64,000 nucleotides of DNA from an uncultured Gammaproteobacteria bacterium (GCA_965231015.1 OZ246408.1:280158-344157), one strand, 5' to 3'; shown: positions 29,355 through 38,944, counted from the stretch's first letter. Notes: generated from the letters alone by a model not told the origin. Made by a program: numbers and translations.

Positions 29355-30458
29355 ATGAGTACTTCAACTAGCCAATTTGACTACGATTTACCTCCTGATT
29401 GTATCGCTCAAGAGCCAATTGAACCTAAAGATCAATCGAAATTATTGGTTTTAGATAAGGAAACCGGTGATATTCAACACAGCCATTTTTATAAAATTGG
29501 AAGTTTTTTGCGTGACGATGACGTGCTTGTGTTCAATAAGACCAAAGTTTTTAAAGCTCGGTTACAAGGGAAGGCTTGGAAGGCTCGGAAGGCTCGGAAG
29601 GCCGGGGAGGCTCGGAAGGCTTCTGACGTCGAAGTGTTCCTGTTACGCGCTCGCAATAACGGTTGGGAAGCTATGATTCGTCCTGGGCGGAAGGTGCCGG
29701 TAGGATCGAGTATTGAGCTCGAAAGCATGTCTGGAAAAGTGCTCGAGAAACATGAAAACGGATCTGTGTTAATTGATTTCGGAGTTGGAGTCGACGAGGT
29801 ACTCGAATACTGTGACAAGTATGGGGAAGTTCCGACACCGCCTTACGTCAAACAGGCTACAGATGAGGCAAAGTATCAAACAGTTTATGCTGAAGAGGTC
29901 GGTTCTGTGGCCGCTCCAACGGCCGGGTTTCATTTTACGGATCGGCTAATAGGTGAATTACGGGCCCGAGGGATTCAGATGGAATTTGTGACCTTGCACG
30001 TTGGGATCGGGACGTTTCAGCCGGTGAAAACTGAAACACTTGAAGAGCATGTCATGCATGCGGAGTTTGTAGAGATTGATGCAGGAACCGCTATGCGATT
30101 AAATCAAGTTAAAGAACAGGGAAGACGAGTTGTTGCCGTTGGCACGACAACGACTCGGGCGCTTGAGGGTGCCAGCCGCACGTCGCACGTCGCACGTGGC
30201 AAATCGTTTCAGAACGACGAGCGACGAGCGACATGCGATTTGCAGGCTTTTTCCGGTGACGTGAATATCTTTATCACTCCGGGGTATGATTTTAAAATGA
30301 TCGACGCGCTAATAACCAATTTTCATTTGCCAAAATCAACTTTAATCGCCATGGTTTCAGCCCTGTCAGATCGAAAAAACATCCTCAATGCCTACGAAGA
30401 GGCAAAAAAGCATAATTACCGATTCTATTCTTTCGGCGACGCCATGTTTTTACAATAA
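29355..30458 (+). CDS. queA: S-adenosylmethionine:tRNA ribosyltransferase-isomerase, carrying two in-frame repeat insertions
   Basis: FDYDLP...IAQEP N-terminus, C-terminal ITNFHLPKSTL...FYSFGDAM. Insertions sit at about aa 74-90 (KAR repeats) and about aa 275-296 (repeat element). Confidence 0.85.
   Translation: MSTSTSQFDYDLPPDCIAQEPIEPKDQSKLLVLDKETGDIQHSHFYKIGSFLRDDDVLVFNKTKVFKARLQGKAWKARKARKAGEARKASDVEVFLLRARNNGWEAMIRPGRKVPVGSSIELESMSGKVLEKHENGSVLIDFGVGVDEVLEYCDKYGEVPTPPYVKQATDEAKYQTVYAEEVGSVAAPTAGFHFTDRLIGELRARGIQMEFVTLHVGIGTFQPVKTETLEEHVMHAEFVEIDAGTAMRLNQVKEQGRRVVAVGTTTTRALEGASRTSHVARGKSFQNDERRATCDLQAFSGDVNIFITPGYDFKMIDALITNFHLPKSTLIAMVSALSDRKNILNAYEEAKKHNYRFYSFGDAMFLQ
29572..29628 (+). 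repeat. In-frame 9-bp microsatellite (GGCTCGGAA-like, about 6 units) encoding (K-A-R/W/G)n within queA
   Basis: ggcttggaa ggctcggaa ggctcggaa ggccgggga ggctcggaa ggcttctga. Confidence 0.6.
30172..30245 (+). repeat. Copy of the GC-rich repeat element inserted in-frame in queA ((CGCACGT)x3 - GGCAAATCG - TCAGAACGACGAGCGA - CGATTTGC)
   Basis: Shares its core with the intergenic copy at 16585-16660. Contains an 8-bp inverted repeat GCAAATCG/CGATTTGC. Encodes RTSHVARGKSFQNDERRATCD, which is absent from canonical QueA. Confidence 0.55.
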
Positions 30459-30464
30459 AAATTA

Positions 30465-30502
30465 ACCCCAACAGCGAACGTAGCTCGCGGTCGGGGTTAT
30501 TG
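30465..30502. terminator. Hairpin between convergent queA and the 30497-31288 ORF
   Basis: AACCCC ... GGGGTT stem with a structured loop, followed by ATTGAGTTTT. Confidence 0.35.
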
Positions 30503-31288
30503 AGTTTTGGCTCCCTCAGGGATGTCGTCGAGGAAATCGGTTTCTTCAAGATCTTCTGCGTCCTCTTCGGACAATTCCTCCCAGACAATGAATGATTCAT
30601 CGATTACTTCCAGATCCTCTTCTGCCGGTTCGTCGGGTTTGTCTGGTTTTGGCCGTCTGGCAGGTGAGCTAAGGTCAGTGACAGTGTCTTCAGTTGGTTC
30701 GTCTCCCATGTCATCATCTAAGCTTGAGTGCACTGGCGGAGCCGAGGTCATGTTGGGAGCACGTTCAGCCAGTGGGGTACGCAAGTGGTCAAACACGAGC
30801 TTCAGAGTTCGCTCACTGCAACCAAGAGCCGCATACTCTGTGGCACGCCGCAGGCTTGTGTCGTTGTTTTCTCGGAGCAGTCGTTCGATGGCTCGGTCCA
30901 TTTCCGGCCAACAGTCCATGTTCTCGATTTGCTGGGTTGTTCCACCCAAGGCCTCAATAGCCGCTTCTGCTTCCTGAGGGCTATGGCTTTCACGGAGGGA
31001 CAATTTAAGTAGCCGTTTGATCGCCTCCCATTGGCGCTCTCCCAAAAAACTATGCATTCCAAGCGCTTCGGTGATTTCGCCCTGTCGGGCCAGGCTTCTG
31101 GCACGACTGGACATGTGTTGAGTTCGTGCCGGAGAAAGTGAAAGAGTATTGAAGCGAGCGATCAAGTAATCCCACTCTTCTTGATCGCCGTATAAGACTG
31201 ATAGACTGTCAGCGATCTGCTGCCACAGCCTAATGCGCAGATCAGTTCGCCGCATGCCTTGCTTACCCCTGTTTAGGTTAATTACCAA
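30497..31288 (-). CDS. Hypothetical protein with an acidic disordered C-terminus (263 aa)
   Basis: ORF at about 55% GC. No recognisable motifs. Confidence 0.5.
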   Translation of the reverse strand: MVINLNRGKQGMRRTDLRIRLWQQIADSLSVLYGDQEEWDYLIARFNTLSLSPARTQHMSSRARSLARQGEITEALGMHSFLGERQWEAIKRLLKLSLRESHSPQEAEAAIEALGGTTQQIENMDCWPEMDRAIERLLRENNDTSLRRATEYAALGCSERTLKLVFDHLRTPLAERAPNMTSAPPVHSSLDDDMGDEPTEDTVTDLSSPARRPKPDKPDEPAEEDLEVIDESFIVWEELSEEDAEDLEETDFLDDIPEGAKTQ

Positions 31289-31339
31289 CCGTTTGGTTGG
31301 TATTACTTTTTACCAGTTTTAAGGTTGATTCGTCAAATA

Positions 31340-31368
31340 AGGTTCTTGCTTGACAATTTTTGCCAAGT
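31340..31368 (+). promoter_or_regulatory. Sigma-70-like promoter for rpsB-tsf (TTGACA, 17-bp spacer, TATTAT)
   Basis: Read directly. The roughly 130-nt leader that follows is GC-rich and may be structured. Confidence 0.35.
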
Positions 31369-31500
31369 TTAGTATTATTCTGCGCGTAATTAACACACAG
31401 GTGGTTTAGCAATTTAAGCACAGCGAGGTCCTGCCAATTTGGCCCCTGGCTGATACCACCGAGGCACGTCCGGTCGAATCCGGGCTAAAAGGAACTAAAT

Positions 31501-32340
31501 ATGCCAAATATTCCAAGTTTGGAGGAAATGCTGGCGGCTGGTGTTCATTTTGGACATCGTACCCGCGGATGGCACCCAAAAATGGAGCCGTTTATTTTTA
31601 CGGCTCGTGGTGGGGTGCACATCATTAACCTGGAAAAAACCCAGGAACAACTTAAGGAGGTTTTAGATTATGTGAAGGACATTGCCGCTCGCGGTGGTGT
31701 TGTTTTGTTTGTTGGAACGAAACGACAAGCTCGAAAGGTAATCAAAGAAACAGCTGAAGCGGTAGAGATGCCATACGTTACTGAACGTTGGCTCGGTGGA
31801 ACATTGACCAACTTTGGTGAAATTCGAAAGCGGGTTAAACACTACCTGAAACTAAAAGACATGCAGGAAAAAGGAGAGCTTAAGAAGTATACTAAAAAGG
31901 AACGTTTGATGATTGCTCGTCAGATTGAGGACATGGAAACAAAGTTTTATGGTGTTCGGAATATGGAGGCTAAGCCTGATGCTGTTTTTGTGCTTGACGT
32001 TCGAAAAGAAAAAACCGCTGTTGAAGAGGCCGGTGTCACCAATATTCCTGTAGTAGCGGTTTGTGATACTAATGTAAATCCAACCAAAATTAAGAAAATT
32101 ATTCCGGGAAATGATGACGCTGTAAAATCAATTGAAATGATGGTTGAGCTGGTCGGTGAGGCCATTAAAGAAGGGAAGGCCGAGGGAAATAAATTGACCA
32201 ATGCTGCGGCAAAAAAGGCGGATAAAAAAGATGAAAATTTGTCTGTGGCCGCAAAGTCAAAAGAAGATGTAGAAGAATTGGATTTGCAGATTCACGATGC
32301 TTTAGCTGCTGAGAAGCAAGAACAGGAGAAAAATAAATAA
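31501..32340 (+). CDS. rpsB: 30S ribosomal protein S2
   Basis: LEEMLAAGVHFGHRTRGWHPKM matches the typical uS2 N-terminus. Confidence 0.9.
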   Translation: MPNIPSLEEMLAAGVHFGHRTRGWHPKMEPFIFTARGGVHIINLEKTQEQLKEVLDYVKDIAARGGVVLFVGTKRQARKVIKETAEAVEMPYVTERWLGGTLTNFGEIRKRVKHYLKLKDMQEKGELKKYTKKERLMIARQIEDMETKFYGVRNMEAKPDAVFVLDVRKEKTAVEEAGVTNIPVVAVCDTNVNPTKIKKIIPGNDDAVKSIEMMVELVGEAIKEGKAEGNKLTNAAAKKADKKDENLSVAAKSKEDVEELDLQIHDALAAEKQEQEKNK

Positions 32341-32352
32341 AGAAAACCTATT

Positions 32353-32967
32353 ATGTCAATTGATGCCAAAACTGTGGCCGAGCTTCGCAAAATGACCGGG
32401 GCCGGCATGATGGATGCTAAAAAAGCTTTATCTCAGGCTGATGGTGATTTAGAAAAAGCGGCTGAAGAACTTAGAAAGCAGGGTATTGCCAAGGCGGCAA
32501 AACGTTCTGACCGTGAAGCCCAGGAAGGGTTGGTGCACGCCTATATTCACGCTGGTGGAAAAGTTGGGGCTTTGGTCAAAGTAAACTGTGAAACTGATTT
32601 TGTGGCGCGCAATGATGAGTTTAAAGAACTTTGTAACGATTTGGCCATGCAAGTGGCCGCGGCTGATCCGGAATATCTCAACCCAGAAGACGTGCCAGAA
32701 GATGTAGTGGCCAAAGAAAAAGAATTGTTTTCTGAAGAGCTCAAAAACGAAGGCAAACCTGAAGATATTATTGGGAAGATTGTGGAAGGAAAGATGGAAA
32801 AGTATTACTCGGAAGTGTGCTTGATGAAGCAAGCCTTCATCAAGGATGATAGTGTGATAATTGAAGATTTGGTGAAAGAGAGGAGTGGAACTATTGGAGA
32901 AAAGATTGAGGTAGCTGGATTTTGTCGCATGAATGTGGCTGGGTCTGACGTTGCCTGCGGTGTTTAG
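32353..32967 (+). CDS. tsf: Elongation factor Ts
   Basis: AELRKMTGAGMMDAKKAL N-terminal UBA-like motif. Confidence 0.9.
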   Translation: MSIDAKTVAELRKMTGAGMMDAKKALSQADGDLEKAAEELRKQGIAKAAKRSDREAQEGLVHAYIHAGGKVGALVKVNCETDFVARNDEFKELCNDLAMQVAAADPEYLNPEDVPEDVVAKEKELFSEELKNEGKPEDIIGKIVEGKMEKYYSEVCLMKQAFIKDDSVIIEDLVKERSGTIGEKIEVAGFCRMNVAGSDVACGV

Positions 32968-32983
32968 TTAGAAACAAGATGTA

Positions 32984-33012
32984 GGGGCGGCCCCATGTGG
33001 CCGCCCTTTTTG
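32984..33012 (+). terminator. Intrinsic terminator after tsf
   Basis: GGGCGGCC ccatgt GGCCGCCC followed by TTTTTG. Confidence 0.55.
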
Positions 33013-33034
33013 ATTCCATGCTTGAGGGAGAGGT

Positions 33035-33058
33035 GTGCCAATATTATATTTCCTCGCT
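33035..33058 (+). promoter_or_regulatory. Conserved promoter-like motif GTGCCAATATTATATTTCCTCGCT. Related copies at 46972-46990 (inverted) and 47106-47129.
   Basis: Near-identical 19-24-mer at three loci. It contains a TATAAT-like -10 box. Two copies lie 25-50 nt upstream of gap and of the uvrD-like start. Confidence 0.4.
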
Positions 33059-33108
33059 AAGGAGGGGTGGAATGTGGTAAAATAGGGTCGATATTAAAAA
33101 CAAATTCT

Positions 33109-34125
33109 ATGATTCGAGTGGCAATTAACGGTTTTGGTCGGATTGGGCGCAATACGCTCAAGGCTGGCTGGAATAACAAGAACATAAAGTTCGTGGCAGT
33201 TAATGATTTAACCGAGCCCAAAATTCTGGCTCACCTTTTGAAGTACGATTCAGTTTTTGGTCCGTGGGACAAAGAAGTGAAAGCAACGGACAAGGAGCTG
33301 GTTATTGCTGGCAAGAAACTGCCAGTTTATTCGATCAAAGACCCGGTTGAGATTCCGTGGGATAAACATGATGTTGATGTCGTGATTGAATCAACCGGTT
33401 TTTTTACCAACAAGACAGACGCCAGCAAGCATCTTAAAGCTGGAGCCAAGAAAGTGGTTGTTTCTGCTCCGGCCAAAGAGACCCCGACTTACTTAATGGG
33501 AGTCAATCATAAAAATTTAAAGCCCAAACAACACGTCATCAATAATGCTTCTTGTACTACTAATTCAATTGCTCCAGTGGCTCAGATTATTGATGAAGCC
33601 TTTGGAATTAAAAAAGCCATGATGACCACAATTCATTCGGTCACAGCCGGTCAGAGTACGGTCGATAATGTCCCCAAGCCCCCCAAGAATGATTTACGTC
33701 GCTCTCGCTCCGCTCTTGTTAATATGATTCCAACTACTACGGGTGCGGCCAAGGCGACTTCCAAAGCAATCCCAAAATTAAAAAACAAATTTGATGGAGT
33801 GGCGGTTCGGGTGCCAACCGTGGATGTTTCGCTTTCTGACTTTACTTTTGTGGTGCGCAAGAAAACTACGGTTGAGGATGTTAATAAAGCTTTGAAGAAA
33901 GCCGCGCGACTCGCTCGTTGGAAAGAGATCTTTACTGTTACTGATGAGCCACTGGTCTCTATGGATTTCCGGCAAAATCCTTACTCTTCAGTAGCTGATC
34001 TTGGCATGACTCGTGTAGTTGATGGAGACTTAGTGAAGGTCATGGCTTGGTATGACAACGAGTGGGGGTACTCAGTGCATTTGGTGCAAATGGTAGAAAA
34101 CGTAGCGCGTTTTATCCGAAAGTAG
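33109..34125 (+). CDS. gap: Glyceraldehyde-3-phosphate dehydrogenase
   Basis: INGFGRIGR NAD-binding motif, catalytic SCTTN. The true start is the ATG at 33109 (MIRVAING). Confidence 0.9.
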   Translation: MIRVAINGFGRIGRNTLKAGWNNKNIKFVAVNDLTEPKILAHLLKYDSVFGPWDKEVKATDKELVIAGKKLPVYSIKDPVEIPWDKHDVDVVIESTGFFTNKTDASKHLKAGAKKVVVSAPAKETPTYLMGVNHKNLKPKQHVINNASCTTNSIAPVAQIIDEAFGIKKAMMTTIHSVTAGQSTVDNVPKPPKNDLRRSRSALVNMIPTTTGAAKATSKAIPKLKNKFDGVAVRVPTVDVSLSDFTFVVRKKTTVEDVNKALKKAARLARWKEIFTVTDEPLVSMDFRQNPYSSVADLGMTRVVDGDLVKVMAWYDNEWGYSVHLVQMVENVARFIRK

Positions 34126-34129
34126 TCAC

Positions 34130-35032
34130 ATGAATTACATTTTTGATTTTGTTATACATTTTTTTCTGATCGGAGTAGGGGCGTTCATGATTGAACTGGC
34201 TCTGTCGCTCAAGCAGTGGAAACACAAACGCTTGGGCGTCTTTTTGCTAATTGTTTGTGTTGTTAGCTGGTCAGTTATTTTTTATGGAAGTTTTATTGAG
34301 TCACGGTTGATTGTTCAAAAGACAGTAGAAATTGAATTTGGAAGTGACGGTCAGGAATTAGAGATGGTTGTGGTGGCTGATATTCATAGTGGGCCCTACA
34401 AAAAAGACAAGTGGGTGCAACAGGTGGTTGAAGAAATTAATCAGGTTGATCCAGACATAGTACTGATGATTGGGGATTATGTTTTTGATCATTCTTCACA
34501 AATTAAGTATCTGTCACCGTTAGCTGAAATCAAAGCACCGCTTGGGGTATTCGGAGTGACAGGGAATCACGACTATACTGACGAAAATATTGAGCACGTG
34601 ATTGAGTCTTTGGAAAGTTATGGAGTTCGAATGTTGCAAAACGAGTCGATTGAAGTCGGGATCAATGGTTCCAAAATTGTGATTGCAGGAATGGATGATC
34701 TTTGGAATCAGGGAAGTGCCCTGCTGGCTCTCAAAGGAACAACCGAAGAGGATAATGTTATCCTTCTTTCTCACAATCCAGACGTAGTTATTTCACTTGA
34801 TCCCGGACGAGTGGATTGGGTGTTTTCAGGTCACACTCATGGTGGCCAAATTCGCCTTCCTCTTTTAGGTTCTGTTTCTGAATTACCAACGGTTTTAAAT
34901 CGTCCGTATGATCGATGGTTTAAACAATATGGTGAACAAAATTTGTTCATCACACAGGGAGCCGGAGAAACCGGACCACGAGCCAGATTGTTTTGTCCGC
35001 CGGAAATTGTGGTTGTTGATATAAAGTTATAA
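34130..35032 (+). CDS. Membrane-anchored calcineurin-like metallophosphoesterase
   Basis: Two N-terminal TM segments, then the D-x-H...GDxx...GNHD...GHxH motif series. Confidence 0.7.
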   Translation: MNYIFDFVIHFFLIGVGAFMIELALSLKQWKHKRLGVFLLIVCVVSWSVIFYGSFIESRLIVQKTVEIEFGSDGQELEMVVVADIHSGPYKKDKWVQQVVEEINQVDPDIVLMIGDYVFDHSSQIKYLSPLAEIKAPLGVFGVTGNHDYTDENIEHVIESLESYGVRMLQNESIEVGINGSKIVIAGMDDLWNQGSALLALKGTTEEDNVILLSHNPDVVISLDPGRVDWVFSGHTHGGQIRLPLLGSVSELPTVLNRPYDRWFKQYGEQNLFITQGAGETGPRARLFCPPEIVVVDIKL

Positions 35033-35080
35033 ACCATGCTCGAAAATAAGGCTCCTTTCTGTTAAAATAAGGACACTGCT

Positions 35081-36265
35081 ATGCGTTTAAAAACCTTACC
35101 TGGTTCAACCAATCTTGAAGGAAAAAAGGTCCTGGTTCGGATCGATGCTAACGTGCCTATTAAGCGCGGTCGAGCCGTGGATGGACAAAACGGGCGAATT
35201 GCTAAAGCTGCGGTTGGTTTAGAATGGCTGCGTCAGCGTAAAGCCAAAATAATTGTTATTACTCATCTTGGGCGACCGAAAGGTCGTAAAGTTGCGGCCT
35301 ATTCAACTGCCCCGGTTGCCAAGCGCTTAAAAGAGTTGATGGGTGGAAAGATTAAGCACGTTCGCCACTTAACCGGAAAAATGGTGGAAAAACAGACCAA
35401 AGCTATGGACTCGGGTGATATCTTGGTGCTTGAAAATCTACGTTTTGATCCAGGAGAAAAAAACAATGACGATGAATTAGCCAAAGAATTATCCGGTCTA
35501 GCTGACCTATATATCAACGACGCGTTTTCAAATTGTCACCGTAAACACGCTTCCATGGTTGCAATCACAAAGTTTTTACCAAGCTATGCCAGTCCCAGCC
35601 TGCTTCATGAGGTAATGGTTTTATCTAGTATTTTTGAAAAATCGAAACACCCGTTCATTTTGTTAATGGGAGGATTAAAAGCGGAAGGAAAAATTCCGGT
35701 CATGAAAAAAATGTTTGATCGAGCTGACCATATTGTGGTCGGGGGAGCATTAGCAACCTCTTTTTTAGTAGCCCAAGGTATTGAAGTCGGAAAGTCGGTT
35801 TATGATGAGGAAAGTGTAAGCCTGGCTCGACAAATGTACAGAAAAAAACCAGACAAGTTTTTGTTACCGGTTGATGTGCGGGTCGCGAAAAGTTTACGTA
35901 GTCGCACCCGCTCGGCTATTCGACCAGTAGAAAAATTATTAGAAAGGGATTACATCGTCGATGTGGGACCTAAGACTGTTCGTGAGATCAATCGTTTATT
36001 AAAGAAAGCTAAAATGATTGTTTGGAATGGTCCGTTTGGGCTTTGCGAAGTGGAATGTTTTTGTGCCGGAAGTGAAACGATTGCACGCTCGATTGCCCGT
36101 CGAACCGGAGCGGCCATATCGGTTGTTGGCGGCGGGGATACCATTCCGATAGCCGATAAACTTAACTTGGCTCACCGATACACCCTGCTTTCCACTGGTG
36201 GTGGAGCCATGTTAGAATTTTTGGCCGGCAAAAAGTTGCCTGCTCTTGAGGTTTTGAAAAAATAA
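35081..36265 (+). CDS. pgk: Phosphoglycerate kinase
   Basis: VRIDANVP ... hinge and C-terminal nucleotide-binding motifs. 394 aa. Confidence 0.9.
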   Translation: MRLKTLPGSTNLEGKKVLVRIDANVPIKRGRAVDGQNGRIAKAAVGLEWLRQRKAKIIVITHLGRPKGRKVAAYSTAPVAKRLKELMGGKIKHVRHLTGKMVEKQTKAMDSGDILVLENLRFDPGEKNNDDELAKELSGLADLYINDAFSNCHRKHASMVAITKFLPSYASPSLLHEVMVLSSIFEKSKHPFILLMGGLKAEGKIPVMKKMFDRADHIVVGGALATSFLVAQGIEVGKSVYDEESVSLARQMYRKKPDKFLLPVDVRVAKSLRSRTRSAIRPVEKLLERDYIVDVGPKTVREINRLLKKAKMIVWNGPFGLCEVECFCAGSETIARSIARRTGAAISVVGGGDTIPIADKLNLAHRYTLLSTGGGAMLEFLAGKKLPALEVLKK

Positions 36266-36274
36266 AATTTTTTT

Positions 36275-37537
36275 ATGTCATGTAAAATTGAAACTATTCA
36301 CGCTCATGAAATTTTAGATTCTCGTGGAAATCCGACCTTGTCAGTTGCTGTACTTTTAGAAAATGGTACAACCGGACACGCCATGGTACCATCCGGAGCC
36401 TCCACCGGGGTTCACGAGGCTTTGGAATTACGTGACAAAGACAAGAATCGTTATCACGGTAAGGGTGTTTTGAAGGCTGCCAAGAACGTGAATACAAAAA
36501 TTAATAAACATATTCGCGGCATGCGCGTGACTGAACAAATGAAGATTGATGAGGCCATGATTATGCTGGACGGTACTTTAAATAAAAGCAGGCTTGGGGC
36601 AAATGCTATTCTTGGAGTTTCTTTAGCATGCGCTCATGCAGGAGCTCGGCATAAACGAAAGCCGCTTTATGAATATTTGCGTTGGGTTTATGACATAAAA
36701 CACAAAACTTACAAGATGCCGCTTCCGACCATGAATGTGATGAACGGGGGAGCCCATGCCGGATGGATACTTGACTTTCAAGAGTTCATGATTGTGCCAC
36801 AACAGAAGAAATTCAGTGAACGGGTTCGGTGTGGTTCAGAAATTTTTCACACCCTTGGCAAGCTGCTTAAACAAAAAGGCTTTTCAACGCTCAAGGGTGA
36901 CGAAGGGGGGTATGCCGTGCCGCTTCCAAAGAACGAAGATGCACTCAAAGTGATGTCGCAAGCTGTGAAAAAGGCCGGTTACAAACTCGGCACAGATGTA
37001 GCTTTTGCCATGGATCCGGCGACCAGTGAGTTTTATGATAAAAAGACCAAGAAATATAATCTAAAGGTAGAAGATAAAACGCTAACCTCGAGTCAGATGG
37101 TTAAGCTTTTTGAAACTTGGGTGAAAAAGTATCCGATCATTTCTATTGAGGACGGTTTAGATCAAGATGATTGGACCGGGTGGCAGGAGCTTACTAAGAA
37201 GCTTGGTAAAAAGATTGCTCTGGTTGGCGATGACTTATTTGTGACTAATGTTGATCGCTTACAAAATGGAATCGATGAAAAAGTGGGAAACGCAATTTTG
37301 ATCAAAGTCAATCAAATTGGGACTCTTACCGAAGCCGTGCAAGCAATACGTTTGGCACAAATGAATGGTTATCAGATTTCTGTTTCTCACCGTTCAGGTG
37401 AAACATCAGACACTACAATTGCAGATCTTGCTGTGGCGGTTAATGCCGAGTACATAAAATCCGGGTCCTTATCTAGATCCGAACGCTTGGCAAAATATAA
37501 TCGTTTAATGGAAATTGAAGAGGAGGTAAAAGGGTAG
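36275..37537 (+). CDS. eno: Enolase
   Basis: [11 protein letters not shown]-terminus, SHRSGETED-type catalytic motif ([10 protein letters not shown]). Confidence 0.9.
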   Translation: MSCKIETIHAHEILDSRGNPTLSVAVLLENGTTGHAMVPSGASTGVHEALELRDKDKNRYHGKGVLKAAKNVNTKINKHIRGMRVTEQMKIDEAMIMLDGTLNKSRLGANAILGVSLACAHAGARHKRKPLYEYLRWVYDIKHKTYKMPLPTMNVMNGGAHAGWILDFQEFMIVPQQKKFSERVRCGSEIFHTLGKLLKQKGFSTLKGDEGGYAVPLPKNEDALKVMSQAVKKAGYKLGTDVAFAMDPATSEFYDKKTKKYNLKVEDKTLTSSQMVKLFETWVKKYPIISIEDGLDQDDWTGWQELTKKLGKKIALVGDDLFVTNVDRLQNGIDEKVGNAILIKVNQIGTLTEAVQAIRLAQMNGYQISVSHRSGETSDTTIADLAVAVNAEYIKSGSLSRSERLAKYNRLMEIEEEVKG

Positions 37538-37562
37538 GGCAAAAATAAGCTTAAAACTGGGT

Positions 37563-37600
37563 CCGGCCATTGACAAATGGCCGGATTTGTTTTAAATTAA
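37563..37600 (+). terminator. Strong intrinsic terminator after eno
   Basis: TCCGGCCATT gaca AATGGCCGGA 10-bp stem followed by TTTGTTTT. Confidence 0.6.
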
Positions 37601-37750
37601 GCCTCCAGTGAGGTTGAATAGGTCAACCTTGTACCGTGCGCGGCGGTAACCGCGCCAGGCCCGTTTGGCGGGCCGAGTTTCTGTCCCAGGGTTACCAAAG
37701 CGCTGGCCGTCAGGCTGTCGCAAGGATCCCCAAGGATGGAGGGTTTTGGA

Positions 37751-38464
37751 ATGTCAGATTTGTTCAACGTGGGCCACGCGGCCCAACTGCATGAGATACA
37801 GAAGGCGCGCTTGGCGCGCAACGAGCCCGGGATCGGGCCGGAGGTGGAGGAGCTCATCCGGCGCTTGACCTCGGGCGGCGTGGCCGGCAAGGTCGTGGAT
37901 GACATCCGGCTGATCCAGGCCAAGCGGTTCTTCGACCGCGGCTTCGGCCGCGAGCTTGGCCTCAAGGACTTCGCGGCCTACCTCGCGACCATCCCGACCG
38001 TGCCCGAGACGCTCCTCGCGGACGACCCGAACTTCCCGCTCCTCGTCCTCGGCGAGCCCCGCCTCGGCCTTACTCGCGCTTGCGAGCTCATCGGCCTGCG
38101 CTACACGGGCAGCGACCAGACGCTAGTCCCGTTCGACAAGCGTCACGCCGAACCGACCAAGCCGTGGTGGTTCAGCATGCACGACGGCCGGCGCAACCGT
38201 AACCGCAAGCCGAGCGACTGCCGCACGAGCCTCGGTGCAAACGAGATCAGCGCCACGGCTTTGCGTGGAGTCTGCACCTTCCTGCACCACCCGGGCGTGA
38301 TCGTGCAGGGGGAACACTGTGTGGATCTGCCCGGCTCGGTCGACGCCGAGTACCGCGGCTACAACGCCGACCTCGGCATTTGGCGCGACGAGCCGAGGCT
38401 CTACAGAAGCATGAGCGGTTTCGCCGACCTGGACTACGGTTCGGCCTCCTGCCGGGAGTGCTGA
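37751..38464 (+). CDS. DGR target (variable) protein, GC-rich, no signal peptide. The C-terminal approximately 40 aa are encoded by the VR.
   Basis: About 62% GC ORF with RBS GGAGGG. Its 3' 122 bp align to the TR with mismatches confined to TR adenines. Confidence 0.7.
   Translation: MSDLFNVGHAAQLHEIQKARLARNEPGIGPEVEELIRRLTSGGVAGKVVDDIRLIQAKRFFDRGFGRELGLKDFAAYLATIPTVPETLLADDPNFPLLVLGEPRLGLTRACELIGLRYTGSDQTLVPFDKRHAEPTKPWWFSMHDGRRNRNRKPSDCRTSLGANEISATALRGVCTFLHHPGVIVQGEHCVDLPGSVDAEYRGYNADLGIWRDEPRLYRSMSGFADLDYGSASCREC
38338..38459 (+). repeat. DGR variable repeat (VR), 3' end of the target gene
   Basis: 122-bp alignment to 38781-38902. About 27 differences, essentially all at positions where the TR has A (for example TR AAC/AAG/AAC against VR GAC/GAG/CGC). 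The 3' 25 bp are identical, consistent with an IMH-like anchor. Confidence 0.75.
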
Positions 38465-38492
38465 ATCTCGATCCTGGTTCTCTTGTATCTTT

Positions 38493-38533
38493 CCGCCCCC
38501 AAGGCTAACCTCGGGGGCGGTATCTTTTTTCTT
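38493..38533 (+). terminator. Intrinsic terminator after the target gene
   Basis: CCGCCCCC aaggctaacct CGGGGGCGG followed by TATCTTTTTTCTT. Confidence 0.6.
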
Positions 38534-38780
38534 AAAACTTTGTTCAAATTTATTTGAAAGTAGGGTAATGAATTGCAGATTAAGGTTCGCAGTCCCCGAA
38601 ATCCTCGAAAGAGTTATCGCCAGAGTCATGTATTTTACGGAATACATGGGCGCGCGATTCGGACGAGTCACTCCTTGCTGAATTCTAGCGGGGATATGCC
38701 CCGGAATGAAATACAACAGCAACCTTCCCGGTGAAAGAAGCTGTGGTGAATGCGGGTGAGATTCAGCAATAAGTGAGGGC

Positions 38781-38902
38781 GGTCAACGCCAAGTACCGCG
38801 ACGACTGCGCCTACCTCAACATTTGGAACGACGAGCCGAAGCTCAACAGCAACAGGAACGACAACGCCAACCCGAACTACGGTTCGGCCTCCTGCCGGGA
38901 GT
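38781..38902 (+). repeat. DGR template repeat (TR), non-coding and adenine/AAC-rich
   Basis: Read in the VR frame it gives VNAKYRDDCAYLNIWNDEPKLNSNRNDNANPNYGSASCRE with many AAC codons. No ORF covers it. Confidence 0.75.
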
Positions 38903-38914
38903 AACTTGATCCGG

Positions 38915-38944
38915 AAAACGCTCCAAACAAGGGCGTTTTTTTAA
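38915..38944. terminator. Bidirectional intrinsic terminator between the TR and the 3' end of avd
   Basis: AAAACGC(T)CC aaacaa GGGCGTTTT, with A/T tracts on both sides. Confidence 0.5.

Noticed and set aside
31455-31495. tRNA-like T-arm sequence (CCGG-TCGAAT-CCGG, resembling GGTTCGAATCC) upstream of rpsB
   Set aside because: No acceptor stem, D-arm or anticodon arm can be built around it. The loop is 6 nt rather than 7. It is more likely part of a structured rpsB leader. No tRNA gene was called anywhere in the window.
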